From Octopus vulgaris (Eukaryota), in NCBI GenBank assembly GCA_951406725.2, contig OX597815.1:150040001-150104000 (forward strand): DNA of 64,000 nucleotides, read 5' to 3'. Position 1 is the first letter of the stretch. Each line of letters starts with the position of its first letter. Shown here one piece after another: positions 12,495 through 23,386 of the stretch. Below the pieces are notes generated by a model that saw only the letters and a list, made by a program, of their open reading frames with translations, made no database searches and was not told where the DNA came from. Position numbers and translations under genes: made by a program.

Positions 12495-14646
12495 AAATAA
12501 TTAAATTTAGAAAAATTAGAAGAAAAGTTTTTTTAAAGGAATATTTCTATAGTAGTGTTCAGATATAAGTGGCATTCTGTCTTTCTCTGACTCCCTTGTT
12601 TGCACTTGTGTGTTCGAGGTCGTTGTGAGTTCTTGGTAGGGTAGGAGAAGCAGAAGACTGATGTGAAGAGGGGGTGGGGAAATCTGGGAATGCCTTGATG
12701 GTCGTATTTTGAATGGTCAGTGGCGGACAGCAGTCGCAGTTCAATTCAGGAATTGTTTATGGAATTTGCGTAGGCGTTATACTGAAAGGCATTAGTGACA
12801 AGGTTAAGGGGTAGAAGGTGGAGAAGTACAAGAAGAAGAAGATGACGATGTTGATGATGATGATGAAGAAGAAGAAGTAGAAGAAGAAGAAGGAGAAGGA
12901 GAAGATGATGATGATGATGGTGGTGATGATGATGACGACGATGATGATGATAATGATGATGATGAAGAAGAAGAGGAAGTAGAAGAAAAAACAGAGAAGG
13001 GAGAATATGAATGGGTGAAAGTATAGCTGTGATGGGGCTGATTAGTAATGGATTCTATGGAATGTAATATTTGTGTGTGTATATATTTCTTTTATTCTAA
13101 AGTTGAGGTATATTAATTGTTTGTCGTAGACCCGTTAAGAAGTGGCCTGTATTTTGTAATAAAGAGATTTTCTTTACTTATTCGTTGTCTCGAGGTTGTA
13201 TCGTCCCTAAATTGGTAGAGGGGGAAAATCCTGAAGTTTGGTGTTTTTTTGTTGGCGCAAGTATCTATGTGTTGGCTAAAAGCTATTTTTTCTGTTTTGG
13301 GGAATTTTTATCTGGGATCTGTGCAGGGCCATTCGTTTACGCAAACCATTTTTTGTTTGGCCTATGTACTGCTCTTGACACCCGGAGCAGGTTAGTGAGT
13401 ATATTAGGTTCTCCGAAGCACATGTGAAGTTGCTTTTCACTGTAAACCGTTGTCCCTGTTTGAAGGAGAACTCTGATCCCTCAACTTAACATCAAGGAAC
13501 TGAGATATCCCAAATCAAAGAAAAAATTACAACCAAAAGCCTTACCATACATCTCCACACACAACCCTCTCAATAGCGAAGCCTTCGGCAACATCCTCCA
13601 CAGCATACCCCTCCTAAAAAAAGACCACAGAATGAACACAATCCTCCAAACACACACGATCATAAAAAGCAAAAGACAGCCTAGATCCATGAAAAGTCTC
13701 CTAACACAAGCCCGAATTCACTCTTCAACACAGAAGCCGACAGTAAAAAAATGTGGAAGACCCAATTGCGGGATATGCGACTATCTAATTGAGGGAAATG
13801 GTTTGCGTAAACGAATGGCCCTGCACAGATCCCAGATAAAAATTCCCCAAAACAGAAAAATAGCTTTTAGCCAACACATAGATACTTGCGCCAACAAAAA
13901 AACATCAAACTTCAGGATTTCCCCCCTCTACCAATTTAGGGACGATACAACCTCGAGACAACGAATAAGTAAAGAAAATCTTTTATTACAAAATACAGGC
14001 CACTTCTTAACGGGTCTACGACAAACAATTAATATACCTCAACTTTAGAATAAAAGAAATATATACACACACAAATATTACATTCCATAGAATCCATTAC
14101 TAATCAGCCCCATCACAGCTATACTTTCACCCATTCATATTCTCCCTTCTCTGTTTTTTTCTTCTACTTCCTCTTCTTCTTCATCATCATCATTATCATC
14201 ATCATCGTCGTCATCATCATCACCACCATCATCATCATCATCTTCTCCTTCGCCTTCTTCTTCTTCTTCTTCATCATCATCATCATCAACATCGTCATCT
14301 TCTTCTTCTTGTACTTCTCCACCTTCTACCCCTTAACCTTGTCACTAATGCCTTTCAGTATAACGCCTACGCAAATTCCATAAACAATTCCTGAATTGAA
14401 CTGCGACTGCCGTCCGCCACTGACCATTCAAAATACGACCATCAAGGCATTCCCAGATTTCCCCACTCCCCTCTCCACATCAGCCTTCTGCTTCTCCTAC
14501 CCTACCAAGAACTCACAACGACCTCGAACACACAAGTGCAAACAAGGGAGTCAGAGAAAGGCAGAATGCCACTTATATCTGAACACTACTATAGAAATAT
14601 TCCTTTAAAAAAACTTTTCTTCTAATTTTTCTAAATTTAATTATTT

Positions 14647-14699
14647 AATCGTTACAGTTGAAAAGGTCTCAAAATGACCGAAACCGGTACTGAAAGATT
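14647..14699 (+). ncRNA. Minimal type I hammerhead ribozyme, U3-A8 variant; predicted cleavage after 14689
   Basis: Identical to the left-arm copy, with palindromic stem III ACCGGT and a GUA triplet. Confidence 0.8.
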
Positions 14700-14741
14700 C
14701 ACTATAAAATTATCTTAGCATTTTCTATTTTTGACTTGTTT

Positions 14742-14798
<57 letters not shown>

Positions 14799-14803
14799 TA
14801 TAT

Positions 14804-15215
14804 ATACAAATAAATGAAAGAATGGAGTTGAACGACGAATTAACAAAATTCTTTTATTTTATTTTCGACATATGTTTCGAAGGCTGCATATTCCTAATTT
14901 CGAAGGAATAAGTGGTACATTATGCCGCATTCTCGAGAAGGCAGCATAACGCACCCATTATTCCTTCGAAATTAGGAATATGCAGCCTTCGAAACATATG
15001 TCGAAAATAAAATAAAAGAATTTTGTTAATTCGTCGTTCAACTCCATTCTTTCATTTATTTGTATTTAAAAAAACACACAAATTTCCACACGATAGCACG
15101 TGATCTCTGCCCTAGGCATGTAGCTTCAACCGTGTTTTTCTGACGTGAATTTGCTACCCAGGTATCGGTTAACCGAATTATCCATAATAAGATAATTCAT
15201 TCAACTACTCAATTA
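14804..15215. mobile_element. Spacer-less palindrome (131-bp arms, axis 14934/14935) of two truncated HHR pLTRs plus a 3' tail
   Basis: The outer 108 bp of the arms are identical. Each arm has stem II-GAAA-CATATG-TC. The tail is similar to 26330-26480. Confidence 0.88.
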
Positions 15216-15226
15216 TATATATATAA

Positions 15227-15261
<35 letters not shown>

Positions 15262-15722
15262 TGTATGTATGTATGTATGTATGTATGTATGTATGTATGT
15301 ATGTATATATAGCATACATTTAAACACATATGAGATGACCATCATACGATATCTAACACGCTCGGATTACGAAAATCCAAACCACTATTAGCGGTAATCT
15401 CGAAGGGAATGAAAAATAAAAATATTTACCTTTTTTCTCCTGGACCATGGTTTCTAACTCTAATTAGCAAAGTAATTTGCTAGACGAAGTTCTCATCAGC
15501 AAGATTATATATTATATTAATTATTTTATATTATTATATTATTTTTTTAAATTATTATATTATATTATATCGTTTACTAAGAAAATGTTTTGATTTACAC
15601 TCAATACAAATTACAAAAATATGGAATAAAATGAGTTTGCATTTTGAAGATTAAGCGCAAAATATCATCAGGTCCACAGGACGTTATGGACGCTATTTGT
15701 TGATTGGTCAAGATAACCAACC

Positions 15723-15818
15723 GATCAACATGTAGCTTCCTCAACGTCTCAACAGCTCAACCTGTAGCTCCTTTAACGTCTAAATAGATCACCATGTAGC
15801 TTCCTTAATGTTTCAATC
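15723..15818. repeat. Tandem repeat, 3 x 32 bp, diverged
   Basis: GATCAACATGTAGCTTCCTCAACGTCTCAACA-like units start at 15723, 15755 and 15787. Confidence 0.8.
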
Positions 15819-16016
15819 TCATTTTCTTACTTAATGATATTTGATATTTATAATACATTTATTGAAGGGATACTTCTTAGTGTAATACATTGGGACGGAA
15901 CCATCACTATGAGCGTTTTATATATACCCGTAATGACTATATATATATATGTATGTATCTATAGATGTTCTAATATATATACAGCCCTTCTTTTTTTATT
16001 TCATTACGCAAAAGTT

Positions 16017-16055
<39 letters not shown>

Positions 16056-16080
16056 GATATGTAAGAAGGAAGATGTGTAT

Positions 16081-16130
<50 letters not shown>

Positions 16131-16489
16131 CAGCCTATTTACTTGATCCCACTTAAATTTGATATTTTTCATCCGATTTCGTTCATGCTTGGCACATACA
16201 ACACTTATGTTCCACAGATTGCACTACACTCTTTAGAGTTTTCACTTATGGAGTAATATTGAATAATTGTGGACTAGAAAAGAGAGGTAACCTTTTGCGA
16301 AGTACAATTCAGAAACTGATTGTCTACCTTACATTTGTATCCCTATGTAAATGTTGACACCCCCACTACCCCTGCCATTTCTAACGGAGGGCTCCTTCTC
16401 TTCGAAGACTTGGGTATGACAATAGGTCAACGATTGGACGCTTATTCTCTCAACACTCAAGACAGAAAAGAAAACGCCTGTCCCACTCG

Positions 16490-16754
16490 CCTCATCCTCA
16501 AGACATGACCTCCCTCACGCATTTCTCATGAGGAATTCTGGAAGGAAAGTCGTGAGACTACTGCAGGCACATTTCCAAAGAATTTCAGTAACTGCTGGAA
16601 AACCGATTATAACAGTAACTCCATTGATTCCTAGCAATATCTGAAGTAGGAATTTTTATTTCTGAAATATTAGATTATGAATAATAGAATTATTTATAAC
16701 AGTTATTATAGTCTACTCTGCATTCCAGACACGTTACATTTCCTCTTCACACAA

Positions 16755-16760
<6 letters not shown>
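16490..16760 (+). mobile_element. Second copy of the 3' region of the PLE fragment at 8425-9090
   Basis: CTCAAGACATGACC..TTCTCATGAGGA..CCTAGCAATATCTG..GAAATATTAGA is shared with 8820-9050. Confidence 0.75.
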
Positions 16761-16835
<75 letters not shown>

Positions 16836-17119
16836 TGTGTGTTGTGTGTGTGTGTGTGTGTGTGTTTACATGTATACAAATATGTATATTTTATATATCA
16901 TAACCAAGCGCCTTTATTTGCATCATTATCCGCATATCAGCTCACCCGGATCCATCATATATCCATTCTTTAATCCGTGGACCCGTACCAGATAAAGATT
17001 GCGGGGTCTATTTTCAAATCATTTGAGCAGCACTGCATGTTTTTTGTATGGAGCATCTCTGGATCTCACCTGCTGACTCTCTCTCTCTCCCTCATATCTC
17101 TCTCTCTATATATATATAT

Positions 17120-17200
<81 letters not shown>

Positions 17201-17230
17201 AAGTGATAGGTAGGTAGGTAGGTAGGTATG

Positions 17231-17327
<97 letters not shown>
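17120..17327. repeat. Compound (GATA)n/(GA)n microsatellite on the left flank of the Tx1 LINE
   Basis: Direct reading. Confidence 0.97.
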
Positions 17328-17328
<1 letters not shown>

Positions 17329-19997
17329 TCTTTACTAGCCACACAGGGTTGAACACGGAGGGGACAAATACAAATGTAGAGCTTTTCCGAAAATGAAAAA
17401 GAAAAAGGGAAAAAAGTAAAATTCCGATCAAAAGGGTCGGGAAAAAAAGGCGATCAAAAAGGATCGGGTATCACAGAAGAAATTTTCAAAATGTAAGAAA
17501 CAAGATTAGGTTTATCTGTGGAAAGAAAAGAATACGGAAGGACAGCGGAAACCTCAGAGAAGGAGAGAATAAACACATGAGAGCAAAGTGCTCTCTCTCT
17601 CTCTTTTTACGATTTACAGGATCATGCTCAAAGTGGTTTTGTCGCTCACATGCACCATCTTTGCTACATTCACCCATCTTTTTTTAAACTTTCACGAGAT
17701 AAAACCTGCCTCTCCATTCTCACCTTCCTTTTCAAGTGGTACTTGAGAAAGCTGACGAGCGATTGGCCAGAGAGGTACGCGTTTGTCTCTAATCCTTTCG
17801 CTCGAGTCCACCACATACATTCTTTCCCCATAGCCACCAGTACGATGAAGACTGCCTTGCCTTCCCGATTTAAGGAAGGTGGCGGGGTAATTGCCACGAC
17901 AGACTCGACAGAGAGGCGGCCTCGTCCCACACGTGACAACAGCCGTTCGGCATAAGCCCACAGGTCCGAAATGGTTGAACACTGCACGATGCGTGCAGAA
18001 CGGTTTCGTCGCTCTGACTGCATCTCAGGCAAGTCAGCCCAGTGTGTCTCGATCCGTGCCTGTTGAGTTTATCTCGAACAGGTAATGCTTCTCGATAGCA
18101 GTGCCAGGCCAGGGATCTTTGGTGATTGTCCATAGGCCCCGGCCCGAAAGTTATCCTGAACAGGCGGGTCAGGTGTTCCTGGTCGACGCCCAGATTCTAC
18201 TCGCGAACGTCGTCGCACCTCCCATCCACTAATTCTCTAAAGAACGCCTTTGTTATAATGAAGTCGCACAAGTTTGGTCCCGGATGGAAAAGAGGCTTGA
18301 GAGGAACGCGACACTCGCGGTGCTATTCGCCTAGCCTCGGTCACTGTTTGGTCCACGGCTGTAGTTCGGCGAAGGAGATGAGCTGCGGGAAAGCGCGCCG
18401 CACAAACGGCGACCACACCTGTTCACCGTCGTCTATGAAGCGCCGGAGATGTCGCAGTCTCAGCGCATGTCTGCGCATCATCAACCACGGCATGCTTAGC
18501 CCTCTATTTAATGGGTGTTGACATCAAATGGATCGTCTAACTATCGGAACGCTTCCCTTCTACAGGAAGCGGAAGGATATGCGTTCCAGTTTAGTGATGG
18601 TAGGGTCGGGACAAGGCACGACGGTCAGACGATACTCGATGGCGGATGTACGTATTCGCCACATCCGCCCGACCTTTTAGGGATAACATCTTCTCGACCC
18701 ATTGCTGGGTGAGAGTGGCCATCGTAGTCATTATTTCGACCCAGTTCTTCTCCATTTAGAGGTCCGGACTGAATCAAACTTCCGAGCAATTTAAATGGTT
18801 CGTTGATGCAGCGTCCCACGATAGAAACGCTGTTGGACGGCATGGGCTTGCTTCTCCAGGCGCCGATCCGCAAGCCCTCTGACTTTTCCCGGTTAACTTT
18901 TGCTCCCGTTACGGCTTCGTATTTTTTTAGTGTCTCGCCGAACAGCTCAATGTGCTTGTTGCTCGACACTATAACGGTGACGTCTTCCACGTATGCAGAC
19001 ACGCTCCTCCCGCATCCCAGCTTTCGTGGGATGTCACTCAACGTCGCCAGCTTCTGCAGTAGAGGCTCAAGAGTCAATACAGAAGCGCCGAGAGGGGGCA
19101 TCATTGACGAACCGAACACATGACGTTAAATGGTCTGGATAGATGACCATTTACGTGGACTACCGAGCGGATGCCGCTGTATAAGGCAGCGATCCAACCG
19201 CAGAAGATGAGACCGAAACCAACCGCTGTAAGGACAGCCAACAAGTAGTGATGGTCTACCCTATCGAAAGTTTTTGATTGATCCAAATTGATAGTGCCCC
19301 ACCCATGCCACGATCCCTAACTATTCCTGTCTATCATGTAGCACATAGGTTGGAGGAAGTCATGGATACTCCTCGCCGGCACGGCGCACGTTTGTGCCTT
19401 GTCGACTAGTTTCTCGATGACAAGCGCCAACCTCACGGCTAACACCTTGGCCAAAAGTTTCAAATCTGCGTTGAGCAGAGTGATGGACATGAAGCTATCT
19501 ATAACATTCCCCTTATTTGGATCTTTCTGTAGCAGTGCCAATGCTCCTCGCTTTACAAAAACGGGGATACTCCCGTTTTGCTGCCAGTTGTAGTAGACAG
19601 GTGCCAAGACGACAACGAACAAATCTGGCATATGACAATAACGTTTCTAGGGCAGACCATCCAAGCCCGGTGACTTTTCTCTAGTGCAGCTTGTCATCGC
19701 ATCCCGTATGTCCGCGGCTGTGATGGGTCTTTCACAACACTGCGCCTCTCTTGCAGAGAGTCGTAGCAGGCCATGCAGGTAGGCACTAATCTCAGCTCTG
19801 CTTTCTGACCCACCAGTTGTCCCAAACAATCGGGCAGTGTTGTTGAAAGGCCTCACACATCCTTTCATGCTCGAGTAATTCGCACCTCTGTTCATCTGTA
19901 AGTGACCTAATGGCGGCTCTGCCTCGTTGCACCTCCGCCAATCGAGCCTCTCGGTCGGCTCCAACTCCTTCGTTCCTCAGAGCATGCATCCTAGCTC
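17329..19997 (-). mobile_element. 5'-truncated Tx1/L1-clade non-LTR retrotransposon (disrupted ORF2 plus 3' UTR)
   Basis: Motifs in order: KSPGLDGLP, ITLLNADLKLLAKVLA, DQSKTFDRVDH, VRQ, SAYVEDVTV (degenerate YADD), GAKVNREKS and the C-terminal CLRC..ETVLHA..C knuckle. Frameshifts and stops are present. Confidence 0.92.
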
Positions 19998-20165
<168 letters not shown>

Positions 20166-21367
20166 AGGATTTTATTTTGCAATATGGCTACATAAGTGAC
20201 TCTCAGCCCAAGACTTCATTACGTTGAAGTTATGAAACAATTTGATGAGAGCGATGTATCTTCGACCTAGGAGTATGAGGCGCGACTCACACTTGGGGCA
20301 GCGTGCAAAGGTTTCAGACGCGTTATTGCGACACTCACGTATTAGTACCTACCCCTTGATGCACAGACACAATGACTTGTACGTTCCATTTTCATTTCAC
20401 CTGGACAGTTTTTCTTCGAGGTGAATATATTTTAAATACTCGTTATTTTATCAATTACTAAATTTCAAAATAATTGTATTTTGAATAATGTTTATAAGAG
20501 ACACTACTCCTATTACATATTCTTATTTAATATTTTATTTACAAAATACAGATATCCCGTTAATTTTGAACGAATTTTCGATTTCTCATAGTTATTGTAT
20601 TCAGAAAATCTTTGACATAAACTCCGTGTGTGCAATCATAAAAAAAACAGAGCACTTTCCATAGTATACTTAAGTGGTCTAACGGGAACTACCAGATTTA
20701 CCAACTCACTTGAATACAAATGATGTTTTGATTTTACTGTTGTTTGGGGCTTAAATATATGTTACTATGCAATTAGAGCTGTTTTGTGGCATAAGAAATT
20801 TTAAATCTAATAGTAAATGGGTTATCAGTTAAAGACTTCTGATTTCGATCGTTTTACATCTTCGCAGATAGATACGATGTAGACAATGCAACACAGATTT
20901 ACTTTGAGTAGGATGTAGCATATTTTATTGTATCCATTAATTATTTAGGAAGTTCGGATTTTTATTATACAGAAAACATAACAATACCGAGGAGTCTTCG
21001 TAGTGAAGCAGTAAAGACAAATTTCCGAATGAAGCACACTTAATTTTGTTCTAAAATATGTGCATTCATTATACTCAGGTACAAAAATAAAGAAGAAAAG
21101 AAAACTTTAAATGATTTTGAGATTGATAATGATTTGTTATTTGCCACGCTAAATGTCATCCTTTCGTTGAATGCTGATATCGCAGTAAAGAATGTAAACT
21201 CTTTATATGGTCAATAGAGGTTTGCAATGCTGATGTCATACTTGATGTTAACTATCAATCTAGAATTTGAATATACTGGTATACTAACACTCAGAAACTA
21301 TCATCTACAGTTTTACAGGATTTACAGATTCAAGAAGATAAAGTCATTGTAACGTATGGTTCATTAC

Positions 21368-21690
21368 ATCTACATACATAGATGTGTAATGGTGTCTGTG
21401 TGTGTGTTTGGTGCTACTCTAAATCATCCACACCGTCCAACCGATTTTAGTGATTTTTTATACAAAGGTAGATCATAGGCGCTGAACGTCATATAAGGTC
21501 GGAGGTTTTTTGAAAATTCGATAATGCTTAGTTGGCATTAAATGTTGTGAGCTTAATCGGGCGTTTGAATGCAGCTTTTGCATTTTTAGCAGTTGTAAAG
21601 TTTCAACAAAATCGATAGAATAGTCTCTAAGGAAATACTTATCCAATACATGGTTGGAAAGCACGAGTAACGCAGGGTCTAATAGCTAAT
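21368..21690 (+). mobile_element. Putative non-autonomous Helitron
   Basis: 5' TCTAC.. start, a GTCTGTGTGTG tract and ACCGATTTT. The 3' end has a GC-rich hairpin remnant ACGAGTAACGCAGGG followed by GCTAAT (degenerate CTAG). Confidence 0.5.
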
Positions 21691-22309
21691 ATCCACATAT
21701 GTGAACTTATTGTCATTTATTACAATATGAGCTCCATGTAAAAATGGATATTTCTATTCAGTTGCAGCACTTTGTCCGTGAATAAAACTTCTTGCGTATA
21801 CTCTTGTAACTTTTCACAATGCAGAAAATACTGCAGTGAATAATCACTAATTTCATTCACACGAAATTTTTTATCATTGTAACACAGAGATATCCAAAGA
21901 CTCTACACCGAACTTCAGTGACACAATGATGTGCAAAGACAGTAACCCCTCGCCATATTGCGGTGCACCTATCGCGTTTTATTATTTGAGCTAACGTTGA
22001 TTCTTCCGTGGTGTTGTTTTGCATTTATAATCTAATAAATATATACAAATTATAAAAATAATTCTTAAAATATATAATACACTACTGTTTCTTATTCGCT
22101 GATTTTCACCCATAGCGAGGTGTTTTCGAACGTAACACTCGCAGTTGTGGTTTAAACCCTGATGATGGGATTTTAGGACTCGAAATACTGAGCACAAAAA
22201 GACCAAGAGTAACAGCAATAACGGCCCATTTTGCATTGTTTGGTCTTCTAACTCTTTCGGCATCACATATCCTATAAAATGCTTCAAGCAAACCACAATA
22301 TTTTATTAA

Positions 22310-22397
<88 letters not shown>

Positions 22398-22429
22398 GTG
22401 TGTGTGTGCGTGTGTGTGTGTATTGCTGA

Positions 22430-22616
22430 GAGGGGCCAAACATAGATAGGACAAAGATAGATAGGATTAAGTCGATTACATCGACGCCAGAGCGTAATTG
22501 ATACTTATTTAATCGACTCCGAAAGGATGGATGGAAGGCAAAGACGACCTCGGCGAAATCGGAACTCAGAACGTAGCAGCAATTCGCCCGGCGTGCAAAC
22601 GTTTTTGCCAGCTCGT
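22430..22616 (-). mobile_element. Family-1 SINE
   Basis: Same central domain as 1335-1540. Confidence 0.8.
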
Positions 22617-22689
22617 TATATATATATATATATATATTATTGGTGAATTGAAGAAATGGAGCTGAACGAAGATTGAACAGAAATCGTTT

Positions 22690-22782
22690 TATTTCATTCT
22701 ACACGTGTTTCGAAAGGCACAATTTACCAAAATCCGATTGAATAATGAGACCATATTGTGTCTTTCTCTTCAGGAAGAAATA
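22690..22782 (-). ncRNA. Intact type I hammerhead ribozyme in the PLE 3' pLTR; predicted cleavage between 22700 and 22699
   Basis: TATTTCTTC-CTGAAGA-GAAAGACACAAT...ATTGTGCCTTTC-GAAA-CACGTG-TA-GAATGAAATA. Confidence 0.88.
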
Positions 22783-23386
22783 GGAAATCCGTTGGAAAAA
22801 ACAAAAACAGAACAGAGGCGGAGCAAAACAAATCGAACTAGGCTCCTAAGAGCCCATGGCAAAACTGTTTATCAGTGTATGTTGAGAACCGGTGGCTGAA
22901 GATTTTAACGGGTCAGGCAGCGGTCAATCATGTGGGTGAGGGTGTGTAGATGTTCTTTGTGACCGAGAAGAAAGTTCTGATTATTTAAGGAATATTGGAT
23001 GTTTTATAAGGGGCGAGAAAAAATCTACTTAGAGACATGTGTGTGTATACTGTTCTATATATGTGTGTGCTGGCGTAGGGGTAGAAAACATTTTTTGTGT
23101 ACGTGTGTGCGTTTGATCGCTCGGCTGTCAGTGGCTGAGCCGCTCTCCACAATGGCTACTGCAGTAAGAACCGTTGGGTGGCAGAAAAAAATATATATAT
23201 TATGTTTTATGTGTGTGTGTGTTCGTCTGAGCCTGCCTTGTCAAGGTAACCCCCCGTTGTCAAAAAACCAAGCCCCGTTTATCTTACAGGAGTAATTCCC
23301 CTTGCAGTGGTTAATCGTAAATATCTTAAAGGCTATTTCAGAATTTGTTACCAATGGGCTATGGGTGCCGGTATTATTTATAAACG

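Larger units (their letters stand above)
12360..14747. mobile_element. Penelope-like (Neptune-type) fold-back insertion with near-identical inverted arms of about 950 bp (12394-13351 and 13796-14747)
   Basis: Encodes an RT thumb (LPYISTHNP), a Cys linker (CGRPNCGIC) and GIY-YIG (LIYSLTCSGCQEQYIGQT). There is an HHR near each outer end and (TA)n on both flanks. Confidence 0.92.

Noticed and set aside
15723-15818. 32-bp periodic repeat as a possible CRISPR array
   Set aside because: The units are contiguous with no unique spacers, there are no cas genes, and the context is eukaryotic.
22145-22298. Tail-to-tail pair of degenerate HHR-like motifs (CTGATGA..CGAAA)
   Set aside because: Stems II and III do not pair convincingly and the arm similarity is weak.
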